Positions 1 to 17,400 of a stretch of 64,000 nt of DNA are shown here, piece after piece; the first letter of the stretch is position 1; each line of letters starts with the position of its first letter. The position numbers and the translations under genes are program-made. Source of the DNA: the human T2T-CHM13v2.0 reference genome, Homo sapiens; assembly GCF_009914755.1 (NCBI RefSeq), contig NC_060926.1; one strand, 5' to 3'. The notes under the pieces are model-generated. The model ran no database searches, was not told the origin of the DNA, and saw only the letters and a list, made by a program, of their open reading frames with translations.

Positions 1-1
1 C

Positions 2-371
<370 letters not shown>

Positions 372-1221
372 TCGTTCAACTTTTAGAGTGATACCGTCTA
401 ACTTCCTTCATAGCATGGAGGTGCATTTTAACAAACTATTTGAACTGGATTATGGTGGGCATAGTGAGAAAGAAGATTTGCCTGAGAAGAGGTAGCTGGG
501 AAAAGCAAAGATGTTGCGTCTTTGAAGTATTTATCTTTTTTCTAAGCACGTGGGATGGTTGATGGCAGCAGAATGACCCCGAGGAGACAGAGATGGGGAA
601 ATGTTTGGTATTTATTTTATCGTATCTCAACTCTCCTCTGGAATATCTGCATTTGAATGTCTCTGTGATGCCTGAAACTTCACACTTAGAAAACCAGGCT
701 CATTGTACTGGAAATGCTCGATTCTCCACTTCTCCACACTTCCAGAAAATTTCTATACTAACTCAACCTTTGACACCTTCCAAATTCTCCAACTCATCTG
801 TCATTTTGTCAATTCCTTTATCATTAATAAAATGAAAAAATGTTTCTTCTTTACCATTTCCATGTTATCAACTTAGCCCAGGTCCGATCAGAGGTATATC
901 AGTCTGTTTTTGAACACAAGATAAAAAGACAAAAGCACCATTTTATGTGCTGATGGCAGGAATTTATTGTATCGCAGAACTGGCTTCTAGAAGCTGCTTA
1001 TACTCTTGGTTCCTTCCTAGAAGAACAGCGTGTTATCAGTTACCTCAAAGTCAAAATCATCTATTTAGCATTCAGATAGTGAATGCCAACAATTCTACTT
1101 CATAAAGTGAAATGATCTACTTCACTTATTCAAATGATCGGGAGGTTGGTTTGTAATACCTTATTGTACTAAACCCTCCCAAATGAAGTCTAGCTCAAAG
1201 TTACATGTTTTACAAATGTAG

Positions 1222-1483
1222 GGCCGAGGCAGGCGGATCACTTGAGGTCAGGAGTTCGATACCAGCGTGGCCAATACGGTGAAACTCCGTCTCTACTAAA
1301 AATACAAAAAAAATTAACTGGATATAGTAGCATGTGCCTGTAATCCCAGCTACTTAGAAGGCTGAGGCAGGAGGATGCCTTGAGCCCAGGAGTTAGAGGT
1401 TACAGTGAGCTAGGATCGTGCCACTGCACTCCAGCCTGAAGACAGAGCAAGACCCTGTCTCAGAAAAAAAAAAAAAAAAAAAA
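1222..1483 (+). mobile_element. Alu, 5'-truncated
   Basis: Starts at GGCCGAGGCAGGCGGATCAC, A-rich linker, poly-A tail. Confidence 0.93.
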
Positions 1484-2379
1484 GCAAATTTTTTTATGTT
1501 AAATGGCTTTGGCTTATGAACAGCTTCAAAAAAAATCTAATTTTCAAAAATGGTTGATTTAATTCCTCAATTCCCTGGGGATTTAGGGCTTACAACTCCC
1601 CTCCAAGGCAGGTGGTAATTTTAAAGCAATGAAGTCAGGTCCCCTGGTATAGGTTTATCCTTTAGCTGCCCCTAGGAACACCATGACAACAAATCATGCC
1701 TCGCTAGCCCTGCAGGTAGGACCGTTGGTGGTTATTAATTTTATGAGAGCTCCTAGGTTGTTTACTATTATAGTTAGTGGGCACCCAGCTGTGCCGGGTC
1801 AACTCTGGGCAGTAAAACAAAAATACCTCTCCCTAATCCTGTGTTTTGGTAGCTCAGGACAGTTTCACTCGCAGCCCCTCATATAATGTGTGGCACAAAG
1901 ACTGAATCACTCTAGTGAACCCTGAAAGGCAATTGATACTTTAGGCAATTATAATATAATAGAATTTTATAACTGGATAAGAACGCAGAGGTTATCTATT
2001 TCAACCCCTCGTTAGAGACAAAGAAATCAAGGCTCAGCAACTTCCTAAAGGTTACATAAGGAGTTGGCAAACCAAATTCAGGTGCAACTTGAGGTCTCCT
2101 GATCCAAGTCAGGCATTCTTCCCACCATGCCACGTGGCGCTCCCCAATGATGTAACCAGCATGGGACAAGTCCCCAAGGACCACACCTTTTACAGAGTTT
2201 ATTACCTTGGCTTTAGCAGGTAGAGCGGTAGGAAACGCTCTCTGGATTCTCAAGCTTTGATAATACAACTAGTAAAGGGCACAATAATAGTATTTGTATA
2301 AGATTTTTGACACAATTGAAAATTCTTTCACATGCAGTATGTTTACTAATAATTCCTTATGTGTTTATAACATGTTATA

Positions 2380-2555
2380 ATTTGTGAAATGCTTTTAAAT
2401 GTATCATCTCATGATTATTAAACTTATTAAGTAGCCGGGAATTATTATTCCCATTTTATAGATGAGGAAACTAAGTTAGAACCCATTGCTACACAGTACA
2501 CAACAAAGATGGGACCAGAGCCTGAAGGTCTGACTCCTAACACAGTGCTCTTTTC
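2380..2555. mobile_element. MIR fragment
   Basis: MIR core-like ATTATTCCCATTTTATAGATGAGGAAACT. Confidence 0.6.
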
Positions 2556-3798
2556 CGACAATATCTAAGAGGATTCAGAGTAGCAGATTTTGATAGGTTC
2601 ATGTCAAAGGCACAGAGCTCTAATTGTATTTAGGGATTTTTTCCCAAAATTTTATATACAATCTACAGCAATTGGTCCAAGACCTAAATATTTCACAAGA
2701 TATTCTTTCATCTGCAACATAGGACTTCCCCAGCCTTGGTCAATCCTGTGAACAATACGGTATTCACATATACTAAAAACATACTGGTCTCTCCAAGTTT
2801 GGCAGCTCTCACTCTGCTAGGCAATGCAACTGGAAAATCTAATATCTCAAAGGCGTCTTGTGCTCCTGCCAGATTCAAGTCTCATGCGTCTGTGGATTTT
2901 TCCATCCCTTGTGTAATGGGTTTGAATCTTTCTTGAAGGTGCCTCTCCAAAGAAGGGGGAATAGACATTCCTTCTCTCGTGAGCCTTATGAAGAAATAAT
3001 TACTTGGTGGTTAACAAACAAAATCTTTCCTGCCAATTTGGAATCTCACCAAGAAAAGGGTCAGGGGAAATTCCAAGATACAGTTCAGAATCTGACCCTC
3101 AAAATATGATCTGAAAGATGAAAGACTCTGGTTAAAGGAGAACATTTGATTTTCTTATGAAGGTGGGGCAGTGTATGTTCTATAGAGTATGTGATTTTCT
3201 CTTTCATAAGTGTCTGGAGAGAAGATGAGGTTTCTAATATTTACCTTTAGGAAATCATCACATAATTGAGGGTAGAATGACTAAGTTAAACATCAGAGGA
3301 ACTTCTTGTTATTTTTAACTAGATGATGATCATTTGTTTTACTCTCTGTGAGTGTATCAGAAATATTTACTGTTGTAAATTCCCAAAAATTCATTGATAT
3401 CTTTTGAATTATAAGGGATTCAAAGCAGAATTCATTATCCTAATGCAATTATGAAGGAAATACATAGACATTATATAATATGTGGAAATATAGAAAGACA
3501 GAAAAGAAAAATATCACCCAGAGGTGTCTGATATATTCTTAAGGATACAATTAAAAACAGTTGGATAAACATTCTTCCCTTTTGGTTAGATACTTTTTAG
3601 AGGTAGAATTTTTCTCTGGGCCAGCTATGTTATGGAAGTATAATCATTCTAACCTTCTTCCAAATCCAAATTGTGTAGCATCTGCCATCCAGTATCTCAA
3701 CATAGCTCAGCACCCTGGCTGCATCATATGTAAAGTGTTTATCTCATGGGTCAAGTTATGTTTATGGCATTCCTATAGAAAATTTAGTTTTTAGACTA

Positions 3799-3984
3799 TG
3801 ACAGTCACACAACCAGTAAAATGAGTAAATACAGGATTTTATCCTCCTTGGAGAGCAGTCAAGCACATTCGACAAATCTTCCTTGAATCAGAAATCACTC
3901 TGAACTGCAGGTGAAAATGCCACTGGGTTTTCAGTTATCTCGGGCAGAGTTCCATATTGCCGCAAAAAGAGACAGATCTTTCTG
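3799..3984 (+). repeat. Left arm of 186-bp inverted repeat
   Basis: Reverse complement of 4703-4888, ungapped, 11 mismatches by hand count. Confidence 0.95.
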
Positions 3985-3987
3985 GAT

Positions 3988-4043
3988 CACACACACACAT
4001 ATATATAAATACACACACATACACACACACACCATATATATAT
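3988..4043. repeat. Compound (CA)n/(TA)n microsatellite
   Basis: Read directly; abuts the inner end of the left inverted-repeat arm. Confidence 0.9.
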
Positions 4044-4702
4044 AATTCTGCCTTTGGACAATTTCCTCGTAAAGCACATAGAATCCCTAGAGACGTCTTG
4101 ACTAACTTAGGAAGTGACATCACGGATCTGTTCTGATGGGGACAAAGCTGCAAAAGTCACTTTTACTGGCATGAGTCTGAAGCTCACACACATTTCTTAG
4201 TACAAAAAGTCTGTAAATAGGCAAGGGAACTGCAAGGTTTACTAAGTAGGTGAGATTATCTCGATGAAGCCTGCAAATATTATCTCTGAAATGAATGTAT
4301 GAGGCTAACCAATACCCTAATTAAATAATAACTATAATCCATGGTTTTAAGTGGATGATATTTGGAGACACATTATGCTACCATCTGGACTACTTTGGAA
4401 ACTCAAACTATTATACCAAGAGAAATAATTCTCAAACCTGTAGAGAAAGCTGGCACTTGAATGGATTCTGCATGCCAGAAAGCCATAAAGCAGCCCTGCT
4501 TGTCTAAATGCTTTGTTGAATTACACAGCCTCTTTCTCCTTGCCAGTTTGTTTGCCAAGTTTTATTGATTATTTGGGACAGTCATTTTAAACTCTAGCTT
4601 TTGAGGTTTTCCTGTCTATAATACTATCTGACCTTCCAAGTACTTCATTCTATGTTTCAGATGTCATCAGTTTTCAGGAGTTTGTTTGCGACTCAAAAGA
4701 CT

Positions 4703-4888
4703 CAGAAAGATCTGTCTCTTTTTGCTACAATGTGGAACTCTGCCCGAGATAACTGAAAACCCAGTGGCATTTTCACCTGTAGTTCAGAGTGATTTCTGAT
4801 TCAAGAAAGATTTGTGAAATGTGCTAGACTGCTCTCCCAGGAGGATAAAATCCTGTATTTACTCATTACACTGGTTGTGTGACTGTCA
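4703..4888 (-). repeat. Right arm of 186-bp inverted repeat
   Basis: Reverse complement of 3799-3984; homology resumes at 4899-4906 (CATAGTCT vs AGACTATG 3793-3800) after a small indel. Confidence 0.95.
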
Positions 4889-5931
4889 CTTATGCTAACA
4901 TAGTCTTGAAAATAGACACCAGAAAATTCACAGCTTTTTGTATACTGATTTTCTTCCATTGGGCCTCTATTCTCTTTTGCCAGTCTCCTCACTTTAGGAA
5001 ACACTAGAAAACAATTCGGCAGGGAATTTCCTGTTTTAAGATGGTAAACTAAAATACATTCCTACCTCCTTCTCCTCTTGAAAATTACCCAGAAACGAAC
5101 AAAGGAAAATAAAAATTGGAAACATAAATTCCATCTTTCATAAAGTCAAGAGATTTCTGAAACCCCAAACCTTAATATATGAAGCCTGATAATGCAGAGA
5201 GGAGTGTTGGTTCCTTAGCAGTGTGGAGAAAGGTGAGACTTGGAAGGGGATAGTGGTGCGAAATAGCCCTGCTTCCCTGCAGAGCATTGGGAAGGACCCA
5301 GGAACCGAATGCCAGAGGTGGCGGGGAGTCAGGGAGCTGTGAGCCATCTGGCTGCTGCTGTTCTGAGAACTGCTCAGGAAATGGGGGTGGGGCTTGTAAT
5401 CATGCAGTGTACAGATTTTAATCAATTACCCCCACCTTCCCCTGTGTGTGGTATCCTAGAGTCCGGAGCCCCTGTCAACCGGGTGGATAGGGGCAAGGGG
5501 GCACCTGAGGATCTATTTGTGTTTTTTCAAACTTCCCAATGAGCACTGTTTTAGCAGAACTCTCTAGCTACTCCCTGCTGTTCTTCACAGGAGACTAGAT
5601 GGTTCTTTACTGGGAAATTCAGCCACTCTAGCAAAAAGTGTAGATATAGGTATTTTGCTCTTCCCCCCACATCCCCCACAAAAAATAGCTTGCCACCTGA
5701 TTACACTGTGGTGAGGCCCAACCATCCACAACTCCTACTCCCAGGCCTACCCCACCCTAGCATGCACGCACGCAGGTGCAAGCATGTGCACACACACACA
5801 CACACACACCCCCTTCCATTCAGTTTTTCTGTGTCTCACTCTTAAATATGAGATCTGAGGGTTGCTGGACATTTGAGGAAATGTTTCCACATGAAAACAT
5901 GAAGCTAAAAGCTAACCAAGAAAAAAAAAAA

Positions 5932-6076
5932 AAGAAAAACATCATCCAAATACATCTGATCTATTAGTAAGGGTGCAATTAAAACAGTTGGATAACAATC
6001 TTTCTTTTGATTGTCTGCTTTTTGGAGGTAGCATTGTTCTCTGGGCCAGCTATGTTATAGAAGTAACTTCAACCTT
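5932..6076 (+). repeat. Local direct duplicate of 3503-3656
   Basis: ~84% identical core including the exact run TTCTCTGGGCCAGCTATGTTAT. Confidence 0.88.
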
Positions 6077-6229
6077 ACAGGTTAGAGGAAATGAGGAAAT
6101 AAGTCAATTTTAACATGAAGATATAACATGTTAATATCCTTGGAGAGATGAGAAAAGATATTGTATCCACAAAACAAGAACAGAAATTTAATCTTTTAAA
6201 ACAGACATAGAGAAACAAGAAAGATTTCA

Positions 6230-6792
<563 letters not shown>

Positions 6793-6794
6793 TC

Positions 6795-7114
6795 AGCTGG
6801 GCGTGGTGGCTCGCGTCTATAATCCCAGCACTTTGGGAGGCTGAGGCGGGTGGTTCACCTGAGGTCAGGAGTTCGAGACCAGCCTAGCCAACATGGTGAA
6901 ACCCTATCTCTACTAAAAATACAAAAAAAAAAAATTAGCCTGGCATGGTGGTGTGGGCCTGTAATCCCAGCTACTCAGGAGGCTGAGGCAGGAGAATTTC
7001 TTGAACCTGGGAGGCGGAGGTTGCAGTGAGGTGACATCATACAGTTACACTACAGCCTGGGCAACAGAGCAAGACTCTGTCTCAAAATAAATAAATAAAT
7101 TAATTAAATAATAA
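6795..7114 (+). mobile_element. Alu (AluS-like)
   Basis: Full dimer; TSD TAAAACACATTGGTC. Confidence 0.95.
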
Positions 7115-7243
7115 TAAAACACATTGGTCCCTGAATGAAAGGAGTCATTAGGTATTCAGCACAATATACACCAAATTCACAACAATACATTTTATAATGA
7201 AAGTTCAGAATATCGGGTCATAACAACTTTTGGAGAGATGAAG

Positions 7244-7605
<362 letters not shown>

Positions 7606-8419
7606 TCAAAAGCAGCACTGAAAGCCAGAAGGCAGTGGAAGAATGCCTTTAAAGTGCTGAGTGAAGAGGATTTCTAAACTTGAATTCTAATCCCAGCCAA
7701 ACTACTTATGTGAGGGCAGAAATAAAGAATCACATAAAGTAAAAAATAACAATTTCCTGTGCATTTTCTCAGAAAGTTCCCGGAGTCTGTAGTCCAGCAA
7801 AATGAGGGAGTAAATTAAAACAGAGGAGAAACTAGATCCAGGAACCAACAGACAAGAGAGAGGCAATGGTAATTCTGAGACTCATTGAAGAGATGTCCTA
7901 GCCAACATAGACAGGAACAAGAGGAGTGAGGGCTCAAGGAGCATCTCCAACAAAAAACAAGCAAACTAACTAACAAACGCGACAAGGAGATTATGTGTCT
8001 AAGCAATCAGAGTTCTGCAGAGAGTTTGAGTAGGAATTATTCTTAGGAGCAAGAAGTGTAGATTGGTGCAGGGAAACAGACACCCCAAAGGAATGTCTCC
8101 AGAAGAAATTGGGAAATGATACATCAACTGATAGGTTTGCCCTTGTGAAAGGAGAGATTATTGGAGAATATGGAAAGATACAGGCATAAGTTCAAGGAAA
8201 TTAAAGAAACAGCAACAATTAAAATGAGGCAATGAGGCTATTGTTAACTCTTGGAAAAGCAAGATTTGTGGGTTTTGTTTTGTTTTTTTTTTTACAAGAA
8301 AGGAAACAATAACTATACTGTTTGGCTCACCACAGAATACATTTACACATACATAAGAGTGTAAATACTGAATAGGGATGTAATAACAATTTGTTGTAAA
8401 ACTATGTAAGGTTTACAAC

Positions 8420-10100
8420 AAATTGTTCTGGGACAATTGGATATACACATATAAGAGAATAAACTTGGACCTCCTTCCTAATACCATATACAAGAAAAAT
8501 TAAGTGGAAATTGTTCATAGACCTAAATATAAGGGCTAAAATTATAAGCTCTTACAATCTTGGATTAAGCCAAGGTTTCTAAGATATAACACAAAAGCAC
8601 AAACAACAGAAGAAAAAATAGATAAATTGGATTACATCAAAATTTTAAAAGCTTGTGTGCCTCAAGAAACAACAAAATAACATTATTATCGGATAAATTA
8701 TTTACAAATATTTTCTCCCATTCTATAAATTGCTATTTACAGAATAAGACAATTTAGAATAAGACAATTTACAGGATGGGAGAAAATATTTACAAATAAT
8801 TTCTCTAATAACGGACTTGTAACTAGAATATATAAAGAAGTCTTACAACTCATACAACTCATAACAAAACACAAGTAATCCAATTTAAAAATGAGTAAGG
8901 GAGATGAATAGACATTTCTCCAAAGAAATATATAAGTGGCCAATAAGCACATGAAAAGATGCTCACCATCATTGTCATTAAGGAAATGAAAATCAAAACC
9001 ATGGTGAGATACCACTGCATATACAAGAGAAGATTAGATTTTAAAAAAAAGACAGACTAGTGCTGGCAAAGACATGGAGAAATTGGAACCTTCATTCATT
9101 GCAAGTTGGAATATAAAATGGTACAGCTGCTGTGGAAAACAGTTTGGCAGTTCCACAAAAAGTTAAACATAGTTAATGTATGACCCAGCAATTTCACTCC
9201 TAGGTATATATCCAAGAGAATTGAAAACATATGCTCACACAAAAACCTGTACACAAATGTTCATAGCAGTAATATTTGAAATAGCCAAAAAGAGGAAATG
9301 AGCCTGTATTAGTTCATTCTCACACTGCTAATAAAGACATACCTGACACTGGATAATTTATAAAAGAAAAAACATTTAATGGACTCACAGCTCCACATGG
9401 CTGGGGAGGCCTCACAATCATGGTGGAAGACGAAGGAAGAACAAAGGGACGCCTTACATGGCAGCAGGCAAGAGAGAGCTGTGCCCGGCAACTCCCCTTT
9501 ATAAAACCATCAGGTCTCATGAGACTAATTGACTATCACAACAACAGCATGGGAAAGACCCGCCCTCATAATTCAATTACCTTGCACCTGGTTCCTCCTA
9601 CAACACCTGGGAATTATGGGAGCTACAATTCAAGATGAGATTTCGGTGGGGACACAGCCAAACCATATCAGAGCCAAATGCTCATCAACTGATGAATGGA
9701 TAAACAAAAATGTAGTGTATCTGTGCAATGGAATATTACTGAGTTGTAGAAAGGAATAAAATTCTGATACATGAATGAACCTTGAAAATGTTATGATCAG
9801 TGAAAGAAGCCATACAGACAGAGCCACATATTGTTTGATTCTATTTATATGAAAAGTCCAGAACAGGCAAATCCATGGAGACTGAAAGTAGATGAGTGGG
9901 TGCCTAGGGCTGAAAGGAGGGAAGAATGGGGAGTGACTGCTAAGGGGTACAATGTTTCTTGTTGGGGTGATGAAAATGATCTAAAACTGGAAGTGGTGAT
10001 AGTTGTATATCTCTGTGAATATACTAAAAACCATTGAATTGTAGACTTCAAAAGGGTGAGTTGCATAGTATGTGAATTATTTCTCAACAAAACTTACATA
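8420..10100 (+). mobile_element. L1MB-like 3' fragment (ORF2 end and 3' UTR), split by THE1 LTR
   Basis: ORF2 3' motifs (GAATAGACATTTCTCCAAAG, GACCCAGCAATTTCACTCCTAGG) and an L1MB-type 3' UTR. Confidence 0.8.
9305..9670 (-). mobile_element. THE1 solo LTR (ERVL-MaLR)
   Basis: TGTATTAGTTCATTCTCACACTGCT...CAGCCAAACCATATCA ends; 5-bp TSD GAGCC at 9300-9304 and 9671-9675. Confidence 0.92.
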
Positions 10101-10380
10101 TAAAAAATTGGGTAGGTGGAGCCAAGATGGCCGAATATGAAGAGCTCTGGTCTACAGCTCCCAGCCTGAGTGACATGGAAGACGGGTGATTTCTGCATTT
10201 CCATCTGAGGTATCGGGTTCATCTCACTAGGGAGTGCCAGACAGTGGGTGCAGGACAGCAGGTGCAGCGCACCATCACGAGCTGAAGCAGGGCGAAGCAT
10301 TGCCTCACTTGGGAAGCGCAAGGGGTCAGGGAGTTCCCTTTCCTAGTCAAAGAAAGGGGTGACAGACGGCACCTGGAAAA

Positions 10381-10563
10381 TCAGGTCACTCCCACCCTAA
10401 TACTGCGCTTTTCCAACAGGCTTAAAAAACGGCACACCAGGAGATTATATCCCGCACCTGGCTCGGAGGGTCCTACGCCCACAGAGTCTCGCTGATTGCT
10501 AGCACAGCACTCTGAGATCAAACTGCAAGGCAGCAGCAAGGCTGGGGGAGGGGTGCCCACCAT
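10381..10563 (-). pseudogene. L1 ORF0 (antisense), truncated to 60 aa
   Basis: MVGTPPPALLLPCSLISECCASNQRDSVGVGPSEPG...RVGVT matches primate ORF0; the following Arg codon reads TGA. Confidence 0.8.
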
Positions 10564-11139
10564 TGCCCAGGCTTGATTAGGTAAACAAAGCAGCCGGGAA
10601 GCTTCAACTGGATGGAGCCCACCACAGCTCAAGGAGGCCTGCCTGCCTGTGTAGGCTCCACCTCTGGGGGCAGGGCACAGACAAACTAAAAGACAGCAGT
10701 AACCTCTGCAGACTTAAATGTCCCTGTCTGACAGCTTTGAAGAGAGCAGTGGTTCTCCCAGCATGCAGCTGGAGATCTGAGAACAGGCAGACTGCCTCCT
10801 CAAGTGGGTCCTTGACCCCCGAGCAGCCTAACTGGGAGGCACCCCCCAGTAGGGGAAGACTGACACCTCACATGGCCGGGTACTCCTCTGAGACAAAACT
10901 TCCAGAGGAACGATCAGGCAGCAGCATTTGCGGTTCACCAAGATCCGCTGTTCTACAGCCACCACTGCTGATACCCAGGCAAACAGTGTCTGGAGTGGAC
11001 CTCTAGCAAAATCCAACAGACCTGCAGCTGAGGGTCCTGTCTGTTAGAAGGAAAACTAACAAACAGAAAGGACATTCACACCAAAAACGCTTCTGTACGT
11101 CACCATCATCAAAGACCAAAGGTAGATAAAACCACAAAG

Positions 11140-12157
11140 ATGGGGAAAAAAACAGAGCAGAAAAACTGGAAACTCTAAAAAGCAGAGCGCCTCTCCTCCT
11201 CCAAAGGAACGCAGCTCCTCACCAGCAATGGAACAAAGCTGGATGGAAAATGACTTTGACGAGCTGAGAGAAAAAGACTTCAGACAATCAAACTACTCTG
11301 AGCTACAGGAGGAAATTCAAACCAATGGCAAAGAAGTTAAAAACTTTGAAAAAAAATTAGACAAATGGATAACTAGAATAACCAATGCAGAGAAGTCCTT
11401 AAAGGAGCTGATGGAGCTGAAAGCCAAGGCTCAAGAACTACGTGAAGAATGCAGAAGCCTCAGGAGCCGATGCAATCAACTGGAAGAAAGAGTATCAGTG
11501 ATGGAAGACGAAATGAATGAAATGAAGCGAGAAGGAAAGTTTTGAGAAAAAAGAATAAAAAGAAACGAACAAAGCCTCCAAGAAATATGGGACTATGTGA
11601 AAACACCAAATCTACGTCTGATTGGTGTACCTGAAAATGACGGGGAGAATGGAAACAAGTTGGAAAACACTCTGCAGGATATTATCCAGGAGAACTTCCC
11701 CAACCTAGCAAGGCAGGCCAACATTCAGATTCAGGAAATACAGAGAACGCCACAAAGATACTCCTGGAGAAGAGCAACTCCAAGGCACATAATTGTCAGA
11801 TTCACCAAAGTTGAAATGAAAGAAAAAATGTTAAGGGCAGCCAGAGAGAAAGGTCGGGTTACCCACAAAGGGAAGCCCATCAGACTAACAGCGGATCTCT
11901 CGGCAGAAACTCTACAAGCCAGAAGAGAGTGGGGGCCAATATTCAACATTCTTAAAGAAAAGAATTTTCAACCCAGAATTTCATATCCAGCCAAACTAAG
12001 CTTCATAAGTGAAGGAGAAATAAAATACTTTACAGACAAGCAAATGCTGAGAGATTTTGTCATCACCAGGCCTGCCCTAAAAGAGCTCCTAAAGGAAGCA
12101 CTAAACATGGAGAGGAACAACCGGTACCAGCCACTGCAAAAACATACCAAAATGTAA
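11140..12157 (+). pseudogene. L1 ORF1p, disrupted
   Basis: ATG at 11140 followed by 7 A (+1 frameshift); AGA>TGA at 11543-11545; the 105-aa and 186-aa track ORFs are ORF1p pieces. Confidence 0.93.
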
Positions 12158-12220
12158 AGACCATCAAGGCTAGAAAGAAACTGCATCAACTAATGAGCAA
12201 AATAACCAGCTAACATCATA

Positions 12221-16048
<3,828 letters not shown>

Positions 16049-16281
16049 CAATGAGAACACATGGACACAGGAAGGGGAACATCACACTTCAGTGACTGTT
16101 GTGGGGTTGGGGGAGGGGGGAGGGATAGCATTGGGAGATATACCTAATGCTAAATGACGAGTTAATGGGTGCAGCACACCAACATGGCACATGTATACAT
16201 ATGTAACAAACCTGCATGTTGTGCACATGTATCCTAAAACTTAAAGTATAATAATAATAATAAAATAAAATAAAATAAATT

Positions 16282-16575
16282 GGCCGAGTACAGTGGCTCA
16301 TGCCTGTAATCCCAGCACTTTAGGAGGCCAAGGCGGGTGGATCACGAGGTCAGGAGTTCAAGACCAGCCTGGTCAACATGGTGAAACCCCGTCTCTACTA
16401 AAAATACAAAAATTAGCCGGGCATGGTGGTGGGCACCTGTAATCCCAGCTACTCGGGAGGCTGAGGCAGAGAATTGCTTGAACCCAGGAGGCAGAGGTTG
16501 CAGTGAGCCAAGATCGTGCCACTGCACTCCAGCCTGGGCAACAGAGTGAGACTCCATCTCAAAAAGAAAGAAAAA
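16282..16575 (+). mobile_element. Alu (AluS-like) directly after the L1 tail
   Basis: Full dimer with A tail. Confidence 0.95.
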
Positions 16576-16579
16576 ATAT

Positions 16580-16875
16580 TAGGAAGATGGAAGGATGGGA
16601 GGGATGATAACAGAGCTAAATCCTTGTCTACCACTATTGAACCTCAGTGCATTCTGTCTAAAATTTATGGATCAAAAGAATGCAGGTTTGCAAATTATTT
16701 TTAAACGTGGAGCTATATTGCTGAAGGCACAACCAGAAGGTTACAGCAGTTCCTTCTGGGAACAGGACTGTGGAGGGAAGATAGGCAAGGGACTGTTCTC
16801 TTTGATTATGAACGTTTTAAGCCTTTTGGAAACATTTAACTATGTACCACTATTACTTCAATAAAAGTAAACATT
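16580..16875 (+). mobile_element. 3' end of ancient L1ME/HAL1-like element
   Basis: Degenerate 3' UTR ending AATAAAAGTAAACATTTT; plausible continuation of the element at 5030-8400. Confidence 0.4.
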
Positions 16876-17194
16876 TTGAATTCATGCTTGAAATGACTAC
16901 CATTACAATAGTAATAATATGAATAATTCCACTATTGCTTAAGCCTGGCTTCTAAAGCAGCAGGCAATGGTTCATCAAGAAGGGGCAATGCCAGCAAAAT
17001 ATGTGGGCAGCGTGCAAAGCGCTTGTTGGAAGCCTTCAATGAGCAGCAGGCAGTGTGGCTCTCACTTGGTTTCTCCTCACAAAGGAGAGCTTTGCAGCCC
17101 CTAAGAATTTACAAGTATTTCAAAGTCAGCTTAAGGTCTTATCCTAAGAATGGTTGGTTAACAATTGTCCAAAAGCATAACATGAAAAAGCCAG

Positions 17195-17400
17195 ATAGGC
17201 CTGAGTTGGAAATAGCATGTGCACCCCTTGCTGGGTCACTCTGAGTAAGTCTCTTCTGACTTCCGAGCCTTCATTGCTTCATCTATAAAATGGGGGTGAT
17301 AAAAAAAAACCCTCAAACAATTGCTGTGATGATTGCATGAGGTCATGTGTAAGAAGGCATTTAGCACAGCACAGAAAAGTGCTCGACAAATGTCTTTTTC
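17195..17400. mobile_element. MIR fragment
   Basis: CTTCATCTATAAAATGGGG core and GCATTTAGCACAG. Confidence 0.6.

Noticed and set aside
2129-2148. GCCACGTGGC palindrome near CCAAT as an ERSE or CTCF site
   Set aside because: Order and spacing do not fit ERSE/ERSE-II, and the CTCF core match is poor
5761-5808. Alternating purine-pyrimidine run as a Z-DNA element
   Set aside because: Short, interrupted, ordinary CA microsatellite
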